Part shown: positions 1-6,754 of the stretch, one piece after another
How positions within the stretch are numbered: the first letter of the stretch is position 1
Layout: each line of letters opens with the position of its first letter
Source: Chloroflexota bacterium
GTDB lineage: Bacteria; Chloroflexota; Limnocylindria; Limnocylindrales; CSP1-4
Reading direction: 5' to 3'
DNA: 27,044 bases
Assembly (NCBI GenBank): GCA_029858845.1
Contig: JAOUEG010000001.1
Span: 1-27,044, forward strand
Made by a program: the position numbers and the translations under genes
Notes under the pieces: model-generated
The model's input: only the letters and a program-made list of their open reading frames with translations
What the model was told of the DNA's origin: nothing
Database searches by the model: none

Positions 1-678
1 GCGGACGAGCACGGGACGTTCATCCACCAGCTCCAGGTGACGGGCCTGCTGATGTACTACCTCGCCGAGCATCGCGGCTGGCGCGAGCCCGTCGTCGTCA
101 GCGTCAACAACACGTCGATGGCGGCCCGCCTCGGTGAGCGGTACGGCATCGAAACGCCCGAGACTCCGGTCGGGTTCAAGTACATCGGGCCGAAGATGAT
201 CGAGGTCGGCGCGATGATGGGTGCCGAGGAATCGGGTGGCTTCGGCTTCGGCATGCACCTCCCGGAACGGGATGGCATCTACGCCGACCTGTTGCTGCTC
301 GATCTCTTCCTCCGCGAGAAGGCCGCCGGCCGGTGGCCGGCGTCCTCGGCGCTGCAGCACTTCCACGAGATCGCGGGCCCCTCCTTCTACCTCCGCGTGG
401 ACGTTCACGTCGAGCGGTCGAGATACGCGGACACCAAGCGCCACCTCCTGGTCGATCTCGCGTCATCAGGGCCGACATCGCTGGCAGGCCACGCCATCGT
501 GCGCACGGTCGCGCTCGACACGAAGGATGGCTTCAAGTTCTTCCTCGACGACGGCTCGTGGCTGCTGATCCGAGCCTCCGGTACCGAGCCACTGGTGCGG
601 GTGTACACGGAGGCGACATCGGCCGACCTGCGCGACGCGCTGCTGGCGGCCGGCGAGCGGCTGGTCCGGGGGTCGTGA
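1..678 (+). CDS. Phosphomannomutase/phosphoglucomutase (alpha-D-phosphohexomutase family), 5'-truncated by the window edge
   Basis: Frame 1 is open from base 1 (ADEHGTFIHQLQVTG...). Contains TPVGFKYI, sugar-binding GAEESGG, ERDG and the C-terminal phosphate loop RASGTEPLVRVY. Stop TGA 676-678. Confidence 0.9.
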   Translation, partial: ADEHGTFIHQLQVTGLLMYYLAEHRGWREPVVVSVNNTSMAARLGERYGIETPETPVGFKYIGPKMIEVGAMMGAEESGGFGFGMHLPERDGIYADLLLLDLFLREKAAGRWPASSALQHFHEIAGPSFYLRVDVHVERSRYADTKRHLLVDLASSGPTSLAGHAIVRTVALDTKDGFKFFLDDGSWLLIRASGTEPLVRVYTEATSADLRDALLAAGERLVRGS

Positions 679-1046
679 TGGAGGACGGGACGCGTCGGGT
701 CGAGAAACCATGGGGCCACGAATTGATCTGGGCGCACACCGACCGGTATGTCGGAAAGCTGCTCGTCATCGAGTCGGGCAAGCGTCTGTCACTCCAGCGG
801 CACGAGCGCAAGGACGAATCGATCCTGGTCGTCAGTGGGCGCCTTCTGCTGTCGCTCGAAGCCGACGACGGGGCGCTCGCGACCGAGGAGATCGGGCCCG
901 GGGATGCGCGTCATGTGGCGACCGGGCGTGTGCACCGCTACGAGGCCATCACGCGCTGCGAGCTGATGGAAGTGTCCACGCCGGAGCTCGACGACGTGGT
1001 CCGGCTCGAGGACGATTTCGGTCGCGAGGGGACGACCGCACCCTGA
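678..1046 (+). CDS. Cupin-domain protein resembling the mannose-6-phosphate isomerase (type II) C-terminal domain, 122 aa
   Basis: ATG at 678 overlaps the PMM stop (TGATG). Motifs EKPWG, KRLSLQRH, ESILVVSG, GRVHRY, EVSTPELDDVVRLEDDFGR. Adjacent to PMM. Confidence 0.8.
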   Translation: MEDGTRRVEKPWGHELIWAHTDRYVGKLLVIESGKRLSLQRHERKDESILVVSGRLLLSLEADDGALATEEIGPGDARHVATGRVHRYEAITRCELMEVSTPELDDVVRLEDDFGREGTTAP

Positions 1047-1067
1047 GCCGGGCGGTACGGTTCGGGG

Positions 1068-1096
1068 ATGACCGGCAGCCGTTGCGGGTGTAGTCT
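1068..1096 (+). promoter_or_regulatory. Candidate sigma70-type promoter for the SWIM gene
   Basis: ATGACC (1068-1073), 17 bp, TAGTCT (1091-1096) in the intergenic gap. Confidence 0.35.
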
Positions 1097-1184
1097 TGGA
1101 TGACGCGACCGCCATCACCGGTCGAGGTGCATGACCGGACGGCGGCCTCGTGAACGCCCATGTGGCGACGGAGGTAGCACGACG

Positions 1185-1463
1185 ATGCACAGCTCCCTGA
1201 TCGGCAAGGTCGAGAAGGCGAATCGCTACGCGCGGGAACTCGATCGGATCACCATCGATCGACTCTCGCTCACATTCCGAGGCGATAACGACACACATCA
1301 CGTCTCTCTCGATGCCGGCCAGTGGCGCTGCACCTGCCACTACTTCGAGAGTTGGGGCTCCTGTGCCCATCTGCTCGCTCTGCAGAAGGTGATGGGCGTG
1401 ATGCTCCCCGAGGAGGCACAGGTCTCGATCTTCTCGGCCGGCCAACCGGTGCCGAGCGCCTGA
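1185..1463 (+). CDS. Small standalone SWIM zinc-finger protein, 92 aa
   Basis: SD GGAGGT (1170-1175) then ATG 1185. Contains CTC-x8-CAH (C-x-C-xn-C-x-H, the SWIM signature). Confidence 0.8.
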   Translation: MHSSLIGKVEKANRYARELDRITIDRLSLTFRGDNDTHHVSLDAGQWRCTCHYFESWGSCAHLLALQKVMGVMLPEEAQVSIFSAGQPVPSA

Positions 1464-1473
1464 CCTTCGCCTC

Positions 1474-1510
1474 CGGGGACCGCCCAGGGCGGGCCCAGGT
1501 GCGGACCCCG
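1474..1510. terminator. GC-rich hairpin between convergent genes, candidate bidirectional terminator
   Basis: CGGGG-A-CCGC (1474-1483) pairs with GCGG-A-CCCCG (1501-1510), with an inner GGG/CCC stem. No U-tract. Confidence 0.4.
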
Positions 1511-1514
1511 CGTC

Positions 1515-2018
1515 TCACTTCACGTTGACCCGCCAGTAGTAGCTGGCCGAGTCCGCGCCCGTCCGGAGATCGACCTGCACCTCGACCGTCCAAAGCCCGA
1601 TGGGCGGGACGGGGAAGATGGGTGGACCCACGCCGTCACCGAGCGCGATAGCGCCGGTCGCGTCGTGGCGGCCGGCCGGGACATAGCGAGCCCGCCAGGC
1701 GCCGATCGCCGCGGGTGGGACGAGCCCCACGCGCAACGACTCGCCGGCGCCCGCAGCGAGTGGTGCCCCGGGCAGCCAAGGCGCGTCGGATCCCGTTTCG
1801 CGCCAGACGTACGAGCCGACCTGGCCGTCGACCGGGTCACCGCCCTCGACGGCGATGATGGCCTGGGGCGGGCCATCCGGATCCCCGTGGTCTGCGGTCG
1901 CGTTGGCGGTCCGCTCGTCCACGGGCGGGCTGGGCTGCTGCCCGGGTCGCCCGGCGCCGCCGCAGCCCGCGAGGCTCACGATCGCCAGGCACAGCAGGGT
2001 GAAGCCGCGGCGTGTCAT
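1515..2018 (-). CDS. Putative lipoprotein of unknown function, 167 aa
   Basis: ATG 2018 overlaps the upstream stop (ATGA). MTRRGFTLLCLAIVSLAGC gives a basic N-region, hydrophobic core and lipobox LAG-C. A Pro-rich linker precedes a beta-rich domain (GSYVW ... SASYYWRVNV). Confidence 0.7.
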   Translation of the reverse strand: MTRRGFTLLCLAIVSLAGCGGAGRPGQQPSPPVDERTANATADHGDPDGPPQAIIAVEGGDPVDGQVGSYVWRETGSDAPWLPGAPLAAGAGESLRVGLVPPAAIGAWRARYVPAGRHDATGAIALGDGVGPPIFPVPPIGLWTVEVQVDLRTGADSASYYWRVNVK

Positions 2019-3076
2019 CGCGGGGACGGGAGCAGACACGGCGCGCCAGCGCACGACGCGACCAGGACGGAGAGGACGGGGCTGGCATCGCCGTTGAGCC
2101 CCTCGGTCGAGCTCGCCGAGTAGAGCGCCCGGAACTCGCTGCTCGACAGGAGCTTGACGCTGGCAACGTAGGTCCCTGACGCGGTCCCCACGGTCATCGT
2201 CGCGACCGTCGACCACGTCGTCGTCCCAACGGCTCGCTGTTGAAGCTTCACGGTCCGGCCGGACAGGGCGTTGTTCGCGAGGCGCCCATAGTCCGCATCG
2301 CCGGCGATCCGCAGGCCGGCGGTGAATCCGACGGTCCCGCCATAGACCACCGCGGTCGCCGTTGCGCCGAGGGTGGCGATCGTATCGAGGTGAAGACAGG
2401 TCGAGATCCCTGTCGCCGACGAAGGGACGTCGTACTCGCGTTGCAGTGTCGCCACGTCGCATCGGCCGAGGGCATGCTCGTTCCAGCCGCTCTTCGCCTT
2501 CGTTCGGGAGTAGGTCTGCACGACGGCGTCCAGGTAGTCCGTGTCGTCCCCGAAATTGAGGTGATGACCGAGACCCTCGACGTGTCCGAATTCGTCCAGC
2601 GCGATGGTCTCCGCGTCGTAGCAGCCGGTGGGCGCGGTCGTATACATCTGGCACCAGCGCAGCGTTCCCCAGTCGAAGACCCGGCCCTGCTCGCGGAGCC
2701 ACATCGTGAAGCTGGTCGGAGCGGAGCGCGTGAAGCAGGCGATGCCGTTGACGCCGCATGTCGCCCCGGCGCCATAGCCGATCAGACTGCCCCCGGCGGA
2801 GGCATACGGGAACGTCGCGGCACGGGAGCGGCGGCTGGCGGCGATCCCGGCCGCCGCCGCCTTGACCGCGGTCTTGATCGCCGACGGCGGCTCGGACCCG
2901 GTCCGCCACCGGAAGGACACCGCCTGGTCCTGTCCGAAGAGCTTGCTGCTCAGCATCGGATCTGGTCCGTGTGCCGAGACCCGGCCGGCGAACGGCGGTG
3001 ATGTCACGCCGGCGATGAGCAGCAGGAGCGCGAAGGCTCCGGATGAGGCCTGGCGAAGCCGGATGGGGCGACTCAC
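2015..3076 (-). CDS. Secreted matrixin/metzincin-like protein with variant metal motif DEFGHVEGLGH and a C-terminal Ig-like beta domain, 353 aa
   Basis: Signal peptide ending ...RVSA-H. YDAETIALDEFGHVEGLGHH aligns with metzincin HExxHxxGxxH. Eight Cys. The beta-rich tail resembles Ig-like domains. GTG overlaps the upstream stop. Confidence 0.75.
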   Translation of the reverse strand: MSRPIRLRQASSGAFALLLLIAGVTSPPFAGRVSAHGPDPMLSSKLFGQDQAVSFRWRTGSEPPSAIKTAVKAAAAGIAASRRSRAATFPYASAGGSLIGYGAGATCGVNGIACFTRSAPTSFTMWLREQGRVFDWGTLRWCQMYTTAPTGCYDAETIALDEFGHVEGLGHHLNFGDDTDYLDAVVQTYSRTKAKSGWNEHALGRCDVATLQREYDVPSSATGISTCLHLDTIATLGATATAVVYGGTVGFTAGLRIAGDADYGRLANNALSGRTVKLQQRAVGTTTWSTVATMTVGTASGTYVASVKLLSSSEFRALYSASSTEGLNGDASPVLSVLVASCAGAPCLLPSPR

Positions 3077-4191
3077 GGGAGTACCTCCTCGAATGGCAGG
3101 AGGGCGCCGTCAGAGAGGCGCCACAGCACGGGAGTGAGCGGGCCTTCGAGCGGCATCCGACCGCCGGGGCCAAGGACCACCACACCCGGGTCGAGCTCCG
3201 CGGCGCTGCCAGCGCGACCCGCCCCCGGCACGAGACCGAGCCCGTTCGGGATCAGCCGATCCACTTCGCCAACGGGGACCCCGTCCACGTCGATCGAGCG
3301 AAGCCGCGCGCCGTCCACCTGCTCATAGACGACGACGGATCGATCCGACGGGCCGGTCGCGATCACGGCCTGTCCGGCGGCCTCGGCCAATGTCGTCCTG
3401 CTGCCGTCGCGAAGGTCGACGGAGATCAGCGGACACGGCGTCCCGCCGCAGGCTCCATGCACGACGAGGCGCTCCTCCGTCAGTCCGACGATGTCGCCGT
3501 GCGCCGGGTCGACCGTCTGGCTGACCATCCCTGCGGCGGGGTCGACGATGCGCGTGCGGCAGCTGACGGCGCCGCAGGACTGCATCGCCAGCGTTCGGCC
3601 GTCCGTGCTCCATTGGAGTTCCGTCGTCCACGTCGGCCCGAACCTGGCGTCCGGGTCGAGTGGTCCGAGGAGGCGTTCCGGGGATCCATCGGCGGCGAGT
3701 GGCCGCCGGAACAGCCCGAGGTCCGTCCGAGTCGCGCGGTCCACGCGGAACTCCAGCACCGTCCCACCATCGGTGTCGAGAGTCGCCCGCCGGATCACGT
3801 CGTCCGACGCGCCGATCGGCGTCGCGCAGCCACCCGGCACATCGATCAGGGAGAGCACGGAGTGGTCGCCGTCGTCCGAGCCCACGAGGACCACACCGCC
3901 GAAGGGGCCGGCCGCGAACGCTTCGGCGGGCAGATCCACGAAGGTCCGGCGCCCGTCGCGTCCGCTGCCGAGCGTCAGTCGCTGTCCCACCAGCCAGCCT
4001 GCCCGGAGTCGCGGATCCAGTCGCCACCATGTACCCGCCGATGTCGTCGATGGAGCCACCTGCCTGGTGCACGGCGGCGGCTCCCAGGGGCGTTCGGCCC
4101 CGCCGGCCACCGTTGCCGTCACGAGGGCGCCTGACAACGCCACCAGTCCCACCGCGAGCGACCTTGTCTTTCTGGACATCCCTGCAGGCAC
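3073..4191 (-). CDS. Secreted protein of unknown function, probable beta-propeller (TolB/WD40-like), 372 aa
   Basis: SD GGAGGAGG (complement of 4200-4207) lies 8 nt before GTG 4191 (alternative ATG 4179). Signal peptide SLAVGLVALSGALVTATVA. Blade-like strings LQWSTDGRTLA, LSLIDVPGG, LISVDLRDG. Confidence 0.7.
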   Translation of the reverse strand: MPAGMSRKTRSLAVGLVALSGALVTATVAGGAERPWEPPPCTRQVAPSTTSAGTWWRLDPRLRAGWLVGQRLTLGSGRDGRRTFVDLPAEAFAAGPFGGVVLVGSDDGDHSVLSLIDVPGGCATPIGASDDVIRRATLDTDGGTVLEFRVDRATRTDLGLFRRPLAADGSPERLLGPLDPDARFGPTWTTELQWSTDGRTLAMQSCGAVSCRTRIVDPAAGMVSQTVDPAHGDIVGLTEERLVVHGACGGTPCPLISVDLRDGSRTTLAEAAGQAVIATGPSDRSVVVYEQVDGARLRSIDVDGVPVGEVDRLIPNGLGLVPGAGRAGSAAELDPGVVVLGPGGRMPLEGPLTPVLWRLSDGALLPFEEVLP

Positions 4192-4254
4192 GACGTTGAC
4201 CTCCTCCGGCGGCGTAACGGGCGGCCGATGCGGCGGGTCACGAGGGCGGACGGC

Positions 4255-4309
4255 GCGAGATCTCGCAGTCTGGTGGCCGGCGGTCCACTGGGACTTACCG
4301 AGATCTCGC
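4255..4309. repeat. Two copies of the palindrome CGAGATCTCG, 43 bp apart
   Basis: GCGAGATCTCGC at 4255-4266 and CGAGATCTCGC at 4299-4309, in the divergent intergenic region. Confidence 0.85.
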
Positions 4310-4368
4310 CGAGGCCCAGCGGACAGGCGGCCATGCGGCAGATTCGGGCCCGGAACGGCGTGCCGGTG

Positions 4369-4377
4369 TGCTAGGCT
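4369..4377 (+). promoter_or_regulatory. Extended -10 promoter (TG-n-TAGGCT) for the riboswitch-btu transcript
   Basis: TGcTAGGCT immediately upstream of the riboswitch aptamer. Confidence 0.6.
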
Positions 4378-4381
4378 CGAC

Positions 4382-4517
4382 GTCGATCCTCGTCGACGCC
4401 GCGTGGTCGCGAAGCCGGTGCGAATCCGGCACAGTCCCGCTACGGTGACCGCCCCTGCCGGGGCGGAAGTCCGGTCGCCGGCCTCACGGTGCATGCTCGA
4501 ACCTTCGAGAGAAAGGT
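4382..4517 (+). promoter_or_regulatory. Cobalamin (B12) riboswitch, short form
   Basis: Core GCGAAGCCGGTGCGAATCCGGCACAGTCCCGCTACGGTGA (4409-4448) matches the cobalamin pattern GGAAnnnGGTGnnAnTCCnnnCnGnCCCnnnACnGTnA. It is followed by a GCCCC/GGGGC hairpin, a B12-box-like AAGTCCGGTCGCC and a P13-like hairpin ACCTT-cgagaga-AAGGT. It lies upstream of a BtuF/C/D-like operon. Confidence 0.88.
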
Positions 4518-4527
4518 AGGCAGGACC

Positions 4528-4545
4528 GTGCGCATCTCCACCTGA
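4528..4545 (+). other. Possible 5-codon uORF (GTG CGC ATC TCC ACC TGA; MRIST) inside the riboswitch platform
   Basis: Preceded by SD-like AAGGTAGG (4513-4520) at 7 nt. The stop codon abuts the terminator-like stem. May be incidental. Confidence 0.25.
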
Positions 4546-4581
4546 ACCCCTCCTTCGATCGGTTCGAAGCGAGGGGTCTTT
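4546..4581 (+). terminator. Terminator-like/attenuator hairpin downstream of the B12 aptamer
   Basis: ACCCCTC-CTTCGA (4546-4558), loop TCGGT, TCGAAG-C-GAGGGGT (4564-4577) gives 13 bp with one bulge, followed by CTTT (short U-tract). Confidence 0.55.
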
Positions 4582-4630
4582 GCGATCGCGATCGCGGCCC
4601 CTCCGGTGCACCACTCCCGGAGGTCCCGAG

Positions 4631-5653
4631 TTGCCTGCCCATCCTCGCCGGCGTGTCGCCGGCCTCGCCCCCGCCCTGGTCGCCTCGATCGCCCTGCTGC
4701 TGGCGGGTTGCACGAGCGCGGGCGTCACCCCCACGCTGACGGCGCCGCCCCTCAGCCCAGCTCCCGTGGCTGATCCCACGACGCCGGCCAGCCCGTCGCC
4801 CGCGATCTTCGCCACCGTGACCGACGACGAGGGGACGATCGTCGAGATCCCCATGGAACCGCAGCGGATCGTGTCGCTCACCCCGGCGACGACCGAGATC
4901 CTGTTCGCGCTCGGCGCCGGCCCGCGGGTCATCGCCACGACCGACTTCGATGACTACCCTCCCGAGGCGGTCGAGCTTCCGGACGTCGCCAGCTACCAGG
5001 CGGTCGACGTCGAGAAGATCGTGGGCCTCGATGCCGATCTCGTCATCGCCGGAGGGAATTTCTTCAACGACCCGAATGCCATCGCCCAACTGCGAGGACT
5101 CGGGATCCCGGTCGTCGTCACGTATGCTCCGGACACCGAGGGCGTGCTGGCGGACATCGAGTTGGTCGGGAGGTCGACCGGCCTGACCGGGCCCGCCAGC
5201 AGCCTGGTCGCGTCGATGCGGCAGGGATTCGACCAGGTCGGCGCGGCCGTCGCAGGACTGCCGCGCCCGCGCGTGTTCTACGAACTCGACGCCACATCCG
5301 ACATCTACACGGCGGCGGACGATTCGTTCATCGCGGAGATGATCGTCCTCGCCGGCGGTGAGCCCATCACGACGGGCAGCCCGACCGACTTCGCGATCTC
5401 GCTGGAGAAGCTCATCACGGCCGATCCGGAGGTGATCGTCCTTGGTGATGCTGCCTATGGCGTCACGGCTGACGCCGTTGCCGGACGCGCCGGGTGGGGG
5501 GTCATGACGGCGGTCCGGGACGGGGCCATTCGCCCGGCGAACGACGTGATCGTCACGCGGCCCGGTCCGCGCCTCGTGGAAGGGCTGCGTGAACTGGCAC
5601 TGGCCATCCATCCGGGTGCAGCGGTCCCGACCCCGGAGGTCGCGGCGCCCTGA
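4631..5653 (+). CDS. btuF: Cobalamin ABC transporter substrate-binding lipoprotein (BtuF-like), 340 aa
   Basis: SD GGAGGT 4619-4624, TTG start 4631, lipobox LLAG-C. Helical-backbone SBP motifs PQRIVSLTPATTEILFALG, DYPPEA, SLEKLITADPEVI, RPGPRL. Substrate inferred from the riboswitch. Confidence 0.85.
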   Translation: MPAHPRRRVAGLAPALVASIALLLAGCTSAGVTPTLTAPPLSPAPVADPTTPASPSPAIFATVTDDEGTIVEIPMEPQRIVSLTPATTEILFALGAGPRVIATTDFDDYPPEAVELPDVASYQAVDVEKIVGLDADLVIAGGNFFNDPNAIAQLRGLGIPVVVTYAPDTEGVLADIELVGRSTGLTGPASSLVASMRQGFDQVGAAVAGLPRPRVFYELDATSDIYTAADDSFIAEMIVLAGGEPITTGSPTDFAISLEKLITADPEVIVLGDAAYGVTADAVAGRAGWGVMTAVRDGAIRPANDVIVTRPGPRLVEGLRELALAIHPGAAVPTPEVAAP

Positions 5654-5668
5654 GGGCGCCCGGTCCCC

Positions 5669-6754
5669 ATGGCGACGCGTCAGGAGGTCGTGGCCGTCGA
5701 CAGCCCGCGTGTGTGGCGGGCGGCGGCGGGCCTGCGCAGCCGCCCGGTCGTGATCGCTTTGCTCGGCATCGGCGCCCTCGTCGTGGCCCTCGTGCTGGGG
5801 GTCGGCATGGGATCCGTGGCGATCGTGCCCGGGGAGACCATCGGCATCCTGGGTCATCGGTTGCTCGGTTTGGACATCGCGGGCAGATGGAGCGAGGCGA
5901 GCGAGACGATCGTCATGGATCTGCGGCTCCCGCGCGTCCTCACGGCGATGATCGTGGGTACGGGCCTGGCCGTGGCCGGCGCCACGTTCCAGGGCCTGCT
6001 GCGCAATCCCCTTGCGGATCCCTACGTCCTGGGTACCGCCTCGGGCGCGGCGCTCGGCGCGGCGATCGCGGTCCTGATCCCGGTGCGGATCGTGGTGCTG
6101 GAATTCGGGCTCCTCCACGGGTTCGCGTTCATCGGGGCCCTGGCCGCCGTCTACACGGTGTATCGGCTCGCGCATTCCGGCGGGCTCGCGCCCCTGACCA
6201 GTCTGTTGCTGACCGGCTACGCAGTCGGGTCGCTGCTGGCGGCCGGTCTCGCGATGGCGATGTACCTGTCCGGAGCCGCGCTCAACCAGATCTTCTCGTA
6301 CCTGCTCGGCGGGTTCGACGGCTCGTCGTGGGTCCGGCTCGCCGGCGCCGCGCCGCTCATCATCCTGGGCGGCACGGCGATCATGCTGCGAGCGCGTTCC
6401 ATCAACGGGATGCTGCTTGGCGAGGAGACGGCCGGCCACCTGGGCATCGACGTCCCGCGTGAACGGGCGATCCTGCTGGCCCTCGCCTCGCTGGTCACCG
6501 CGGCCGCCGTCGCTGTCAGCGGCCTGATCGGTTTCGTCGGGCTGGTCGTCCCGCACGTCGTCCGCATGCTAGTCGGCCCTTCGGCGCGGCTGGTCCTCCC
6601 CCTCTCCGCCATCGGAGGGGCCGCCCTGCTGACGTTCGCCGACCTGGCGGCGCGGATGCTCGGGGAGATCCCGGTCGGGGTGGTCACGGCCGTGATCGGT
6701 GCGCCGTTCTTCCTGGTCCTGCTGCGCCGCGTCCGCGCCGGGTATGAGCTGTGA
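5669..6754 (+). CDS. btuC: FecCD/BtuC-family ABC permease, 361 aa
   Basis: Motifs RLPRVL, QGLLRNPLADPYVLGTASGA, SGLIGFVGLVVPH, IPVGVVTA. Confidence 0.88.
   Translation: MATRQEVVAVDSPRVWRAAAGLRSRPVVIALLGIGALVVALVLGVGMGSVAIVPGETIGILGHRLLGLDIAGRWSEASETIVMDLRLPRVLTAMIVGTGLAVAGATFQGLLRNPLADPYVLGTASGAALGAAIAVLIPVRIVVLEFGLLHGFAFIGALAAVYTVYRLAHSGGLAPLTSLLLTGYAVGSLLAAGLAMAMYLSGAALNQIFSYLLGGFDGSSWVRLAGAAPLIILGGTAIMLRARSINGMLLGEETAGHLGIDVPRERAILLALASLVTAAAVAVSGLIGFVGLVVPHVVRMLVGPSARLVLPLSAIGGAALLTFADLAARMLGEIPVGVVTAVIGAPFFLVLLRRVRAGYEL

Noticed and set aside
333-677. N-terminal extension of the cupin ORF
   Set aside because: It overlaps PMM in another frame. ATG 678, coupled to the PMM stop, gives a normal-sized cupin.
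1100-1153. 17-codon ORF (MTRPPSPVEVHDRTAAS) upstream of the SWIM gene
   Set aside because: The ATG is only 3 nt after the -10, has no SD, and shows no informative codon bias.
1515-3185. 556-aa ORF fusing the lipoprotein with a long upstream frame
   Set aside because: The upstream part overlaps the better-supported metzincin-like gene in another frame and is Arg/Pro/Gly junk. The signal peptide begins at ATG 2018.
4582-4595. GCGATCGCGATCGC resembling tandem cyanobacterial HIP1 sites
   Set aside because: Explained as the cap of the 4571-4603 platform hairpin. Other GCGATCGC copies seen lie in coding sequence, mostly as Ala-Ile-Ala codons or the complement.
4192-4938. N-terminal extension of the 621-aa minus-strand ORF across the riboswitch
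   Set aside because: It runs antisense to the riboswitch and btuF. A strong SD and a signal peptide place the start at 4191 or 4179.
4484-6556. 690-aa antisense ORF (also 14792-16648, 20523-22712, 3043-4134, 14074-15720 and similar)
   Set aside because: Shadow ORFs expected from stop-codon scarcity at high GC. They have no motifs and overlap confident genes.
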